A stretch of 64,000 bases of DNA from Eledone cirrhosa (taxonomy: Eukaryota), in contig OZ024742.1 in assembly GCA_964016885.1 (NCBI GenBank), positions 209,312,001 through 209,376,000 of the forward strand. The letters run 5' to 3'. Of this stretch, positions 13,050-27,285 are shown piece after piece (the stretch's first letter is position 1; each line of letters begins with the position of its first letter). The notes under the pieces were generated by a model. The model was given only the letters and a program-made list of their open reading frames with translations, was not told where the DNA came from and did not search any database. Position numbers and translations under genes: made by a program.

Positions 13050-15377
13050 TTTCGTTGTCTTGTATGTGTGGGCATGTACGTTTAGATTCCTCTTTGCGTC
13101 TCTTCCTGAATAGGCCTGTCAAAAATATTGTAAATAAATAATCTTTAGCCACAAAAAACTCTGAATTAAAGGGTGGGAATATGTTATTAAACCTGAAGTC
13201 GACAATGTCGAGATTATCATGAGTGACAACATAAAATATGCAGTCTTAGAAAATATATAATGTACTGAATTGGGCTTGAATGATACTGGTTTATAATGTA
13301 TGTAGCTAAATCGTATATGTCAACCTTTGCAGATGGCTATGACACCTAATGTGAGGGATTTCAATAGGGATTTTCTTGCTACAAAGGAAAGCTCGGTAAA
13401 CAATCATTGATTCCATATTGAATGAAGGCGTATATAAACTGCTCTTTTCAAGGCGGTAAGGTATTCTTTTGTTAAGCTTTGATTTGATTAAAAATCCTGT
13501 TTTTCATACCCATCGGATGAGTATAAAGATGTTATACACGATGAAAGGAAATAGAAATTATTTACAATGCATATATTTGTAATACCACAATTTATCTAGG
13601 CTCCGGATGCAGCTTCTAAAAAGATTCTTTAGATTAAAAATAAAGAAGAAAAAACAGAATATTCTTCAAATACACTTTTGCAGATATAATACGTGAAGCC
13701 TATTACCAGTGATGTGTACATAGAGATGATAGACACCCGATGTCACTATGACAATCTTGTATGCAATATACTAATGTTCTTAGAATATTATTTTGCAAGT
13801 GTTTGCACATATGCTAGTGAATAAAGCAATGTTTACTCAACGATTTATTTTAGTCGATTTCAAACATCGACTCACAGGTCACTTAGTAAACATAGCAAGC
13901 TACAGCAGTTTTCTTTAATGATAGTTTGCTTGACCAATAGCAGCAACAAGATAATCCCAAACTGAATATTTTTAGAGTAAAAGAAGTTTCAAATGTTTCC
14001 AAACTATTCAATGTTTGGGGTTTTTTATTTTTTTTTTTGCAAACTACTTATACTGTACCTAAGTACAAGGCATGAGTTACAGGCCGATTGAGGTAGAGAT
14101 TGTAAGTATGGCTGTTCCTCGATTTATCTACACGATAGAATTTGAAACTCAATTGTAGAATGACAAAAGTTACTACTATCACTTCACCAACTTTATAGTG
14201 TAATAATAATTCTTTATTTATATATTTATTCTTTTTGTAATCTATTAGATTGGCACAATGGCATGCACTTCTGGAGGAGTGAATCAATCCAGCCCGTCTA
14301 TCAACACATCGTAATTATTTTATCAACTTCGGAGACATAGATTTTGATGTCAAATTTGACGTTGTTAGATTACAGAAACTTAAGAGAATAAATTCAATCC
14401 CACAAGTGAGACACGTGCGATGATTTATCTCAACATTGCAAGTTAGCAAACTACTCCCTATTTCAACACAACTACAATGCACAAATTCACATGGTACGCA
14501 TGCTGTAGATAGCAGTTGAGTGTTAAATATTTTGTTACGGAGACTATGTAGCGCTATAGAACTAATACATAGTTAGAAATCAGAATACTCTAGCGACGAA
14601 GTTAGTTTTACCCCCAATTGTGTATGATGTTTGTGTATTCTGGTCTATTAACGTATAATTATGCATGCGTACCCCCTGTGGCTGTATATATGCCAGTAGA
14701 AAGTCTGCTTTAAAATTCAGAAAACTTTTAATACTAGCATTCATTAGAATCAAGCTTTCTTTTAGTGTTTTGTTGCTACAATTTATAATTCTCTGTTTCT
14801 TAAGTCTTGTAATTGATTTGTCGTTAATCTTGTTTCTGATATGACCCAGGCCAGCACTCGTAAGATTGAAATATAATCAAATTCATTTCAATAGTGATCA
14901 TACCGTATTTGTCCTATGTACAGATAACACAACACCACATCACCTACTTTGTCATACACGGTGTGATCTGAGGGAGATTTGGCTGCTCTTTCTTGCAAAT
15001 TGAAAGACAAGGTAAAGGCTATCTCATTGGGTTGTTTGTATTGTTATTTAGCTTGTTTCTAGTGCTGTTTAAAATTTATCTTAAGCAAAGTAGAAAAATG
15101 AAATACCATTTAAATATTGATTATTGATTCTTATTGAATTATATTTGTGTATCAAGAGTTTAGAGAATAGGACATGCTCATATATTATGCAGACCAGAAA
15201 CAAAATGTATTTAAATATTTGTACGCAAAAATAAAAGATTACCTAATGAAATGATTACTGTTCATTGATACAGAAAAGCATAGTCACCAACACTATAAAA
15301 TATGAGCATGCATACAGTTCTCTCTGTCTCATTCTCTCTCCCCTCTCTCCCTCTTACTCTCTATCTATCTATCGATC

Positions 15378-15435
<58 letters not shown>

Positions 15436-15599
15436 AAAAATGTATTTTTCATATATCTAGTTGAGAAACAACCAGTATTATGTACATATATATTGAATGG
15501 CTAATAATTAATGTACTCATAGCAAGAAAGTCAAAATTGTTTAAAGTTCACTTATAAGCCCGTTTCATGATATATATATATAGTATGACTTATAGGTGA

Positions 15600-16890
15600 A
15601 CTTTGGACAATTTTGACGCACAACGTACGTTTCGCCCGGATGGGCTTCTCAAGGGCATAAATAACTAAAAAGTGTTCCTTCCATGGCCCGGAAAGTGTTT
15701 TTGGAGGTAAGTTCACGTCAGAGTTCATTCTTCGCAAAAAAGCGTGTTTTGATTTTGCAGTAGGTCAAGGGAGGTAATTCTGGCCGGTGTTAGGGCAGTC
15801 TTTCCCGGACAAATCCGTTACAAGATGTGGTTACAACCTTACCATCGTCGACACGCAAAGGGTCAGGTAAGCAACGTTTGTTTTGAGACGTTTGTTCGCT
15901 GCACCTGCCCGCCTGGGTCATTTGAAGCTGGGTCTGGGATGCATGGTTAGTTTCCGGATGATTTTGAAGCGCCTGCCCCCCGGGGTGTTAAAGCTTGTTG
16001 CAGGGTGACCCGGTATTCGGTTTCACTCCTCATCCTTAACCCATCTGAAGAAGGATATTTTTAAGCGATGTGTTGAGCTTATCGTCGTTTGAGCCCTGCT
16101 GTTGATGAGCTCGTGGGGTGCCGCTATGATGTGGTAGAGCTCCATGAGGCAAAGATCGCACTTCCTCTTGAGGTTGTACGGTGCAGCCCTGCCGACAATA
16201 TCCCAGTACGTGGAGAAGCTGATATTTAAGTCTTTTAATGACGTGTTGTAGTCTGCGAGCGAAGTGGGGTGTCTTAATTTCTTATTTTTGAAAGAGTGGA
16301 GATGTGTTCGAAATCTAATTTTGAACGGGCCAGAGGTAGCTCCTATATAATGTTTAACGCTATTGTGGCTAGTTATAGTGCACCTATATATAACACTATC
16401 AGTCAAGCAGTATCCCATAAGGGGGGAGCGTCCCCTGTCGCGGCAGTTGCAATTTCGGTCGCGGTCCCTTCTAATTCCCACGGTAAGGCTATCGTTATTG
16501 CTATCTACGTTGTTACCTACTCTCCCGCACCTGTCGTTAGCACCATTACAACCCACTGTGCGCGGGGTGGTACCATTATTATTCCGCACGTCAGTCCTGC
16601 ATGTTCCGGTTATGCTGGTTGCGTCTGTATATGCTGTTGCCAGCACTATTGGATGCTGCTAGGGAGGCGTTAAGGCCGATATAGTTATTGTCAGGTGTAG
16701 GTGCGTCTGTACTAAGGTGTTGTGTCTTGGTGATCTTACGTGAACTTACCTCCAAAACCACTTTCCGGGCAATGTAAGGAACACTTTTTAGTTATTTATG
16801 CCCTTAAGAATCCTATCCGGGCGAAACCTACGTAGGTGCTGTTTTAAATAAACATGTATTAACGCTCGGTTCTCCTATTTCTTACTTTTC
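15600..16890 (-). mobile_element. 5'-truncated Naiad-type PLE (family F2) with an inverted pLTR copy (15624-15718 vs 16738-16833)
   Basis: GIY-YIG ORF on the minus strand. Inverted pLTRs carry hammerhead-like cttgaga/cttaaga-agcccatccgggc-GAAA-cgtacg. (TA)n flanks. Confidence 0.88.
16023..16646 (-). pseudogene. PLE GIY-YIG endonuclease C-terminal fragment (Naiad-type)
   Basis: CNCR..PL.GYCL..SVIYRC...HYIGATSGPFKIRF..H..SF...W.IV..A.PY....CDLCLME....LIN.R. Confidence 0.88.
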
Positions 16891-17244
16891 TATATATATA
16901 TATATATGCGGATGTGTGTGTGCTCGTGTTTGTATGTATAACAATCATATTGAGTCAATATAACCATTTAAAATACATAAAAACAGTTTATTCATTAAAA
17001 ATATATTAATAAAATCTATGAATTATCGGAAACTTTTTTGTTTTCTTTCCTCGCACGGGACCTGGTCACTGACACAGTTATAGAGCATTTGTTGAAAATC
17101 TGTTACTGGCGACTTTTCATAAGAGTCATATTTTTCTTTCGTGTTTGTTCTTTTTCGATTTCGTCTCTTCTTTTACGTTTGTCTGTTTCATTTATTTGTC
17201 TTTACATGCATGCCCATTCTTTTCTTAACCCTTTAAGAAGGATT

Positions 17245-17747
17245 ATGACGTCACTTTCAGCTTATATCTGGAGTCTAAAAGTCAACCACACCCAATATAA
17301 GTTACACTGGGAGATCCTAGCTGGGGCTAGATCGTATAACGGAAATAAAAGACCAGTGACCTATGCGCCGCTGAGGCCCTAGAAATACTCTACACCAATG
17401 CCCACATCTTAAACAAAAATCTGAGGCAATTTCGGCTTGTAAACATAAATTGCACAAAACTTTCCTGTATTATATTATACAGTATATTTGCTACGTATAT
17501 TTGCTTGTATATGTTATGGAGTATATATTATATATTCTGGTACATGTGCATTTGGTTATGTGTATACGTGAGTTTTGCGTCTGTGTGAGTATGCGGGTTC
17601 GTACGTATGTAGGGTGTGTGTATATGTGTACTTTGTGTTTTGGGGACGTCTGCGTACATATGTGTATTTAGATGTAGGTATGTATGTGCGCGCGTTGTAT
17701 ACGTATTTATTTATTTATATACGTTTATTTAATTATGTGTATACACG

Positions 17748-17796
<49 letters not shown>

Positions 17797-18330
17797 TTAT
17801 ATATTTTTAATGTGTATTTGGTGTATACGTTCGTATGTGCGCGGGTACAGGCGTTGCGTGGGTTCTGTATGTGCGTGCGGGTTTTTTTGTGTATTGCTTT
17901 TATTTGTATACCCATGGCGAGTGTTTTGAGAATGCGTGTTTTTGTACGTATATGGATGTGTGTATGTATATATTTAATTTCAATTACCTCTGTATATTGT
18001 ATACTTTATTCTTAACTCTGAAGCCGAGGAACATTCGGTTTCCTAGATAGAATTTTAATCTACGACTTCAGTTATACCATTTACGTGGTTTTCTCTTTGC
18101 GTGTAATTGTTCTCCCGTTCCAAATAATGACGTATTATCTTCGTTTTTTTCGTTCTTTGCCAGGGAACGTTTCCACGAACCAAACTATCGTCTTCCTCTC
18201 TTCCTCCTGCTGCAACGTTATTTGAAATATTTACTTCTGCGTTCACAGATTGACTTTTTTAGTTTAAGAAGATCCCGTTAAGGGTGAAAGCAGCGATTCT
18301 TTGCTTAAACTTTAATCTATTTTAATAAAT
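17245..18330 (+). mobile_element. Naiad-type PLE family F1, 3' part (GIY-YIG end, 3'UTR, hammerhead-like motif 18261-18311)
   Basis: TSLSAYIWSLK...WEILAGARSYNGNKRP/DLCAAEALEIL...LNK...CKHK in broken frames. Matches 612-1500 and 62655-64000. Confidence 0.88.
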
Positions 18331-18456
18331 AAATATATATATATATATACGAGAGAGAAAGAAAGAGAGAGAGAGAGAGTGAGAGAGAGTAAGAGAAACA
18401 GAGATAGAGATTTACGAAGGTAGTCGAAAAGTATCGGTATATACATTTATATATAG

Positions 18457-18457
<1 letters not shown>

Positions 18458-18550
<93 letters not shown>
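18458..18550. repeat. (TG)n microsatellite
   Basis: Direct reading. Confidence 0.98.
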
Positions 18551-18553
<3 letters not shown>

Positions 18554-19177
18554 TGGTGGGGTTGCTATTTGTACTAAAGAAGATAGAACATTTCCAATTA
18601 CAGCAAAATGTTACTGTTTGTAGTCATTACTATGTAAAAAGAAATTTATTAAAAAAAATTAAAGTTGTTGAGGTTAACGATACAAAATTTTTCACTACGC
18701 TATAACGGAACGAACTGTTACTCAATGTACTAAGCAAATAAAATAGCAGAGCAATTACGAAATTTATGTGTAATTCTCATCATGAAAATTAAATGTTCAG
18801 CGTTTAATATTTTGACGTTTACTGCTCCTTGCCTTTTTACTCGGTATCTCATATGAAGTTGATTTTTTTTCTTTTTGCTAATTGACTAACTGGCTGATTG
18901 ATGACGAACTGGGTAGGGTGGATGTTGTTGCGAACTCGCTGAAGGGAAAGAAACTTGGCAGCGAAATCAATGCATGCGTAAAGAAATAGTGAATAGACTT
19001 GCTGGTTGAGTGGTTTCGTTTAATTCACTCGCGAGAAAGCATCAAAAGACAAATACCCCGGCCATAAAATCGAATTATACCGAGATTTTTCTGCCCCAGT
19101 AAATCTTCTGACGGAATTACTTGCGAAAAGTCAAATAGAAATTTCAAAACATCGCACTTACAACTCTCTGCACCATT

Positions 19178-19232
<55 letters not shown>

Positions 19233-19500
19233 TATTATATTATATTATATTATATATGTTCAAAGCTATCGTTCAACATTGCATGAGAATCATATACACA
19301 TGTGGAGCTTTGCAATAAGAATTTGAATGTTGCTTTCAATCCTTCAGAAATCTAGGTTAATTTTCTCCTGTACATGAATATGTGTAAAAAAGCGTAAGTT
19401 ATTAATTTATATAGATCTACTGGAAATATTATACATGTGTGCGATAGAGAGTAAGAGAGACATAGAGAGAAAGAGAGAGAGGGGAGAGAGTGAGAGAGAC

Positions 19501-19563
<63 letters not shown>

Positions 19564-19946
19564 GTAATATTGAGTTTGTATAAGTTTGCACTAGTTTGTA
19601 TGTATGTGTTAATATTTCCAAGAAGAGTATTTCAGATTAGCTGAAGTTTTAGAGAACAATAAATTTTAATATATCTATTCACACAGATGGGCACACACGT
19701 TCATCACAGGAACGTAAATATTTATTATAATTATATTCATGCGCGCGCGTGTGTGTGTATGTGTACGTGTGTGTGTGCGTGTGTGTGTACATCTATTTAT
19801 ATATAACGAATTGGAATGATAGACAGAGAAGTACATAGACAGTTAGACAAATATATATATATATATATATAAATATATAAATATATATATAAATAAAATT
19901 TCGTTTCATTATTTCCATTATTTCCATTTATAAATATATATATATA

Positions 19947-22385
19947 TATAAACGTTGTATATGTATAATAAAGCCAAAACAATGCAGGTATGGACATAGA
20001 ATAAAGAATGCAAATGCAAAAGATATTGTTGACAATTAGTCTTTTACTTAAATGTCCTTAATTTTCGATTTATTTAAATGTCCTTAATTTTCGAGATAAT
20101 ATCTCTTCTTCGGGGGGAAGTAAAGCGGTTAAACCAGTGTTCTAAATAGATTGCCAAGTCATGCTGACAGGAAATGGTATAGAGTATCTGTTCTATCTCT
20201 CATGTCAGTCAAAGAGTTAAGGTTAGGTGGATAAAGAGTAGTCTCCCTTTAAAAGGGTTGCTTTTTTTGTACATGCCTGTTTAAGTGTGTGGGAGAATGT
20301 GTGAGGTGTAAGTATGTGTGTGTGTGAGAGTGTGAGAAGATATGTTTATACGTAAATGTGGGGGATAGATGTTATCTCGTGTTAGAACTGGTCTTTGTGT
20401 GTGTATGTGTGTGTGTGTGTGTGAGAGAGAGAGAAAATAAGTGTGTGTGTGCGTGTGTGTGTGGGGGAGTGTACATATGGGGCTAGATGCTATATCAAGT
20501 TATACATTGGGTGTTGAGTTCTAGTCTATTATTGATTGGTTGTTGTGTTTTGTCTATTATTAGTGCTTCCTTAATTCTAAGATTGCCGAGGTTTCCTTCC
20601 TTAGTTTCTATCCTAACTGTTATGGTTTTGTCGGTGTTTTTGCATTTAACTAGGTGTTTCTTAAATGAGGCAGCGTTAGTATTGAGGTGTTCTTTTATTC
20701 TTATGTGGAGTGGTCTGGTGGTGCTACCTAGGTAGAAGTTTCTGCATTTGTCGCACTCTAGACAACAGGATAACCCATGGGATCCAGCCTATCGGGCCTG
20801 CTGGCCATCACCTATATGAACCAGCTAGAATACCGAGCCCTCAACACCTGCCATTCCCATACCTTCTTCACCCGATATGTAGATGACATACTCATCCTTA
20901 CATCATCCCGTGAGGAGGCGGATAAAATATACACAACATTCTCCAGCATGGACGCCAGGATAAAGTTCAGCATGGAACACCCCGATGACCGCGGATCCCT
21001 ATCCCTACTGGACTTCCAACTCAGGGTAACAGAGGAAGGCAACATCCACACTTGCTTCTATAAAAAAAGCCGCCAGCAGGGACCTGTTCGTACATTTCAG
21101 ATCGGCCCACCCAGCCAGCGCTAAGTTCGGGTACATAAGGAACGAACTTACACGTATGCGGAACAAATGCACCGACGCTAGAGACCGAGACACACACACC
21201 ACACATTTCCTGGAAGTACCCAAACTGACCGGATACACGACATCCACCACAAACCGTGCCAGAACGAACAGAGGACACCACACCCGAGGCACTAACACTT
21301 GCTTCCTGAAGCTCCCACACTTCAGTGACGAAACAACAACAGCCATCCGCAGAGCTATCAGACGAGAGGGACTAGATATCCAACTGGCCCATTCAGGTCC
21401 TTCTCTACGCTAACCAAAAGACACTCCACCAGACATGACAACCGCTGCAGGCTAGCCAACTGCCCCATCCACGACACATACCTATGCCACCAGGTTTACG
21501 TCGTATACAGACTAGAGTGCGACAAATGCAGCAACTTCTACGTAGGTAGCACCACCAGACCACTCCACATAAGATTAAAAGCACACCTCAATACTAACGC
21601 TTCCTCATTTAAGAAACACCTAGTTAAATGCAAAAACACCGACAAAACCATAACAGTTAGGATAGAAACTAAGGAAAGAAACCTCGGCAATCTTAGAATT
21701 AAGGAAGCACTAATAATAGACAAAACACAACCACCAATCAATAATAGACTAGAACTCAACACCCAATTTATAACTTGATATAGCATCTAGCCCCATATTT
21801 ACACCCCCCCCCCCGCTCCCACACACACGCACAGACACACGCACACACACACACACACACACACTTACACCTCCACTTATTCTCTCTCACACACACACAT
21901 ACACACACAAAGACCAGTTCTAACACGAGATAACATCTATCCCCCACATTTACGTATAGATATATCTTCTCACACTCACACACACACACATATACTTACA
22001 CCTCACACATTCTCCCACACACTTAAACAGGCATGTACAAAAAAAAACAACCCTTTTAAAGGGAGACTACTCTTTATCCACCTAACCTTAACTCTTTGAC
22101 TGGCGTGAGAGATAGAACAGATACTCTATACCATTTCCTGTCAGCATGACTTGGCAAGCTATTTAGAACACTGGTTTAACCGCTTTACTTCCCTCCGAAG
22201 AAGAGATATTATCTCGAAAATTAAGGACATTTAAATAAATCTAAGGTAAAAGACTAATTGTCAACAATATCTTTTGCATTTGCATTCTTTATTCTATGTC
22301 CATACCTGCATTGTTTTGGCTTTATTATACATATACAAACGTTTATACCTCATTACACAATGCTTCAAGTGAATTATAACCTCCT

Positions 22386-22388
<3 letters not shown>
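19947..22388 (+). mobile_element. 5'-truncated Penelope-like element with an inverted 3' duplicate (arms 19947-20761 / 21512-22347) and tail to 22388
   Basis: The arms are reverse complements. RT and GIY-YIG remnants are present. Variant hammerhead CCGAAGA-agagatattatctc-GAAA-at-TA near 22190-22228 (+) and 20084-20117 (-). Confidence 0.93.
20762..21780 (+). pseudogene. PLE reverse transcriptase plus GIY-YIG fragment, frameshifted
   Basis: PMGSSLSGLLAITYM, FFTRYVDDILI, IKFSMEHP...LSLLDF, VYRLECDKCSNFYVGSTTRPLHIR, LRIKEALII. Confidence 0.92.
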
Positions 22389-22467
<79 letters not shown>

Positions 22468-22495
22468 ATATGATATATATATATATATATATATG

Positions 22496-22526
<31 letters not shown>

Positions 22527-22587
22527 ATTATATATATATATATATTATATTATATATATATATTATATTATATATATATATATATAT

Positions 22588-22619
<32 letters not shown>

Positions 22620-22769
22620 ATATATATTATATATATATATATATTATATATATATATATATATTATATATATATATATATATTATATATATATATATATA
22701 TTATATATATATATATATATTATATATATATATATATATTATATATATATATATATTATATATATATAT

Positions 22770-22801
<32 letters not shown>

Positions 22802-22805
22802 ATAT

Positions 22806-22837
<32 letters not shown>

Positions 22838-22843
22838 ATATAT

Positions 22844-22877
<34 letters not shown>

Positions 22878-22911
22878 ATTATATATATATATATATATTA
22901 TATATATATAT

Positions 22912-22943
<32 letters not shown>

Positions 22944-22979
22944 ATTATATATATATATATATATTATATATATATATAT

Positions 22980-23055
<76 letters not shown>

Positions 23056-23059
23056 ATAT

Positions 23060-23137
<78 letters not shown>

Positions 23138-23165
23138 ATTATTATATATATATATATATTATATA

Positions 23166-23226
<61 letters not shown>

Positions 23227-23232
23227 ATATAT

Positions 23233-23316
<84 letters not shown>

Positions 23317-23358
23317 ATATATATTATATATATATATATATTATATATATATATATAT

Positions 23359-23390
<32 letters not shown>

Positions 23391-23486
23391 ATATATATTA
23401 TATATATATATATATATTATATATATATATATATATTATATATATATATATATATTATATATATATATTATATATATATATATATA
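22389..23486. repeat. About 1.1-kb (TA)n array with recurrent TT phase shifts
   Basis: Direct reading. Confidence 0.97.
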
Positions 23487-23519
23487 CATATCCCCATATA
23501 TACATATTTACATATATAT

Positions 23520-23660
23520 GTAAATATAGAACCCAAGTTAAATCTGGAATAAATAAGGTACTCAATATATTAGTATGGTAAAAACATCAAAATGTAATAC
23601 AGAAATAGTCTCTACAGATCTAGAGCTGTTTCATTCATTTCGAATCATCAAGATTGCCCT
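23520..23660 (-). mobile_element. PLE pLTR-like end with a degenerate hammerhead
   Basis: Minus strand reads ttgatga-ttcgaaatgaat-GAAA-cagctc. The tail resembles 28828-28932 and 62471-62575. Confidence 0.5.
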
Positions 23661-23689
23661 GATGTCAATTCACTGTAACGAATATGACG

Positions 23690-25060
23690 TGGCCTCCTTG
23701 TGTTATCCTTGCGATGCACGTGATATGTCCGTATATGGCAATGTTCGATGATGTTTTCTCAATGTTGGTATCGGTCCTTTCAGAGACTGCAAAGTGCTGA
23801 CATAGTCCTTCTATTGGATGCTCATAATTGATTGAAGTTTCTGTTTATGAAACTTTTATAATTTTCCTGGCAATTGGGAGTCCCCGTTTCACAACTATAT
23901 GATAAATTGGAAAAGAATCATGCTTTGATTCATCAGTAGCTTCGTTCGTAATTTCAGGAGTTTTCTTCCCGAAGACACGTTGAAAAAGCTTTCCAGATGT
24001 GACATGGGCAATTCGGATCCTGTACTAAACATCTTTCTCAGAGTTACATTGTGTGGTGAGGATCTACCATGTATTGAAACTATTCTACTTGTTTCAAGTG
24101 GTATATTGGAGATGGTGATATTGAAAACTGGATGAATTGAGTTTAGAGCAAACTGTTCAAGTATTTTGGTATACTGCATGTCAGACCGAAGCTTTCATAC
24201 GCATGTTTGAAGTTGATAACTGATTTCTGCATTTTTTCGGATGAATGAGCTGGCAAGACATTGTCGTCAGCCTATTGCAGTTCAGATACATGCGTCCTGT
24301 TGGTCAGTCTTCACGATCGGAGTCTAGAGAGTCCACTATCAAGGCGGTACTTGATTCCTACACCAGGGCTGGTAGGTATAATTTCGTGAAGCATGGCTTC
24401 AAGATGTAAAGAGAACAAGGCTGGAGCAAGTACACATCCTTGTTTTAAGTTATTGGTGTTCGTATTGTTTCAACATTTCACCTGTCTTGCCATGCTGTCA
24501 CGGAGTGCTTGAATGAGTGCTACGAAACAATTATGTCTATGGAGTCTTTTCAGCACCGTGCGTGGTATGGTTTTTCGAGATCATAGAAGAGAGGTTTCTG
24601 CTGTTCCTGCATTATTCAAGATAGCACAGAAAATAGAGGCTCGAATCAAACAATGAGAATACAGCAACACATTCTACGAGATGACCAGTTGACGGTTAAG
24701 CAATAATCTGGCAAAAACGTTCCTTATGATGGAAAGGAAGGGGTGTGCGAAAATGCTGCTATCTGCCTTCTGAAAGGGAGATAATATAATGAAATGATAA
24801 TGTAACTATAAGAGTATTCTTTAGTTTCCAACATTTTCAGAGTGATGTTGAATGACCTTTTCTTAAAGACTAACCACCATTTTGGATGAGCTTGAAAGGG
24901 ATTTTGGTTGGACCAGGTCACTTCCTTGGTTTCATCTTTTTTAAGGCTTCGCTGAATTCATTAAATGATGGAGTGTTCGACATCCATGTTTAAGGGAGAT
25001 GTTGAGACACAGTTGTTAGAAAATCAACTGCAACTGAGATTCTATTTAGTTGACCATAAA
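23690..25060 (-). pseudogene. Old, decayed RTE-type LINE RT fragment
   Basis: Minus strand TNNLKQGCVLAPALFSL (about 24410-24460) and ADD motif (about 24262-24271). Many stops. Confidence 0.7.
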
Positions 25061-25984
25061 TGTGTGTGTATGTGTGTTTGTGTGTGTGTGCATATGTGTG
25101 TGTGTTGTATTTAAAGTGGAGTTGTCGCTAATGCAAATGGCTATATTAATAGACGATCACTATAATAAAATAATTAAAACTGAGATAGAGTGAACCTAGG
25201 AGACGGAAAAAGGGAGAAAGCATAATATTTATATTACTGCATAAACTGTACGGGGGATAGCAATGTATAAAGTTTCAGCAAATTCCAATGTCTCAAGTTT
25301 AAAATCAAAAATATATAATATATATTGAACTTTAGGTCAAAGTGGAATTGTGTTATGCAAATCAGAAATTTAGATTTGACATGAAATATTGACATAGAAA
25401 AAATGAAATAAACACATTTATCTTACAGACACACACACACTACACCAGACACACACACACTCACGCGCACGCGCGCGATCGCACACACATATACATACAT
25501 ACATATATATATACACACACATACACATATGTATATATTTTAAACTTCCATAGACTTTTAGACGTTTTGCCAAAAAATGCTCTATTAATTATACAATTAT
25601 GCATGTAGTTAGGTACGTGTGCATTTCACAATAATTCCTGCATTATTTATAATGAAGCACTCATAGAAACGTTGCACACGATTATATTCCCGTATTGTTT
25701 TTTTTTTATTTCTCGTTTCAACTGTTAATTAATCCTCTGTAATTATATTTATATATTTACTGATGAGTCTATATGTATGCATTGCTCTATAATCCTATAC
25801 GTGTATGTATGTGTATTTGTTTAGCATCTGTGGATTGCGATCTTTCCGCATTCTATACTTCATACGAAGAAGGATCACTTGCATTTGCTGCTACAATATA
25901 TTGATTGGTTTTACTTCTTTATTTTATTAAAATATACGTGTTTCTTTTCCTTTCGTTTTTACATTTCTTCTCATGAATTTGAGA

Positions 25985-26500
25985 AGCTATGCCAGAAATT
26001 ATTATTATTATTGTGTTGTTTCCGACTCTTTATGTTCTTAGTTCAACTGTCACCATGATCAAATATGATTTCATTATTCCGTAGTCAATGAAATAGATTT
26101 CCAATCAAGTAAAGTTGGTAGATAAAATTGGCTGTTTCTTCTCCACCAAAAATTGCTGGGCTTGTGCTTATTATTGCTGTTCTACTATTGTTATTAATTG
26201 TTTTTCTACTTTTGGCACAAGGCAAGCAATTACCCAGTACATTACTGGTACTTTATTTTATCGACCTCGTAAGGATGAAAGGCAAAGTTAACCTCGGCGA
26301 GATTTGAACTCAGAATGGCAAGGGCCGTAAGTCTATGCGTCAAAGCATGGCGTCCGACTCTCTACCGATACTGCCAATTTACGATCTGAGTTCAAATCCC
26401 GCCGAGGTTGACTTTGCCTTTCATCCTTACGGGGTCGATAAAATAAAGTACTAGTAATACACTGGGTAATTGCTGGCCTTGTGCCTAACGTAGAAACAGT
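25985..26500. mobile_element. SINE cluster: partial + copy (to about 26175), - copy (26203-26380), 5'-truncated + copy (26386-26500)
   Basis: Same B box, central domain and tail as the 10529 copies. Confidence 0.88.
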
Positions 26501-26545
26501 TATTAATGTGAGGATATTTTATACAGTGGCTCAGCGTAAAAATCT

Positions 26546-26625
26546 CTTCTTCTTCTTCTTCTTCTTCTTCTTCTTCTTCTTCTTCTTCTTCTTCTTCTTC
26601 TTCTTCTTCTTCTTCTTCTTCTTCT
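26546..26625. repeat. (TTC)n microsatellite
   Basis: Direct reading. Confidence 0.98.
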
Positions 26626-27224
26626 CCTGATTCACTTTCATTTAAGTTTTTCTTCATTTTTCCCCTTTCATGTTCATAAAGATTTCTATTAGGCAGCCGA
26701 AAACAAATTAATTAACACTCGAACGCTCCACATACATAATTGACCATATATTTCTTCTAATTGCTTATTTTTCATGTGATTTAGTTTTTATACTTATTTA
26801 GAAAGCTTTTATAACACATTCAAAGAACTTAACTGGAAATGTACTAGGTTGACCCTGATAATTTCTTTCTTTGGAAAGCATAATTATTCAATAATTTGGA
26901 ACATTTTTTATAACTGATTGAGTAAAATTTAAACTTCATTAGTTCATGAATAGCGAATGATTAACATTTCACACTCAAGGTCCAGTTATTGAAGCTACGA
27001 TTATAAACATTTCTAGCGCTCTACTTACTAATTGAGTATTATTTCACCTGTCGGAAACCAATATGTCTTTAGTTGATTGGCAAATACTTAAGGTGAAAAT
27101 TTATAGGACTCTTCTACTAGGTGAAGGAAATGGCGGAATTACAAAATGCTGTTACAAATTATGAAAATAATCGCTCACATTTCCCCACACATTCACAAAA
27201 ATTAATCGAATAATACTAAAAAAG

Positions 27225-27285
<61 letters not shown>

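Noticed and set aside
13333-13455. 123-nt segment bounded by good acceptor and donor sites
   Set aside because: All frames contain stops at about the rate expected in AT-rich DNA; no recognisable product.
15600-15630. Apparent end of the minus-strand F2 pLTR exactly at the hammerhead cleavage site
   Set aside because: Weak similarity to the plus copy continues past the site (ttgtgcgtc vs taggtgctgtt), so the boundary cannot be fixed.
22493-23581. Long Ile/Tyr-rich ORFs (also 27887-28861, 1494-1850 and similar)
   Set aside because: Translations of (TA)n, (TG)n and (GA)n microsatellites that lack stop codons; not proteins.
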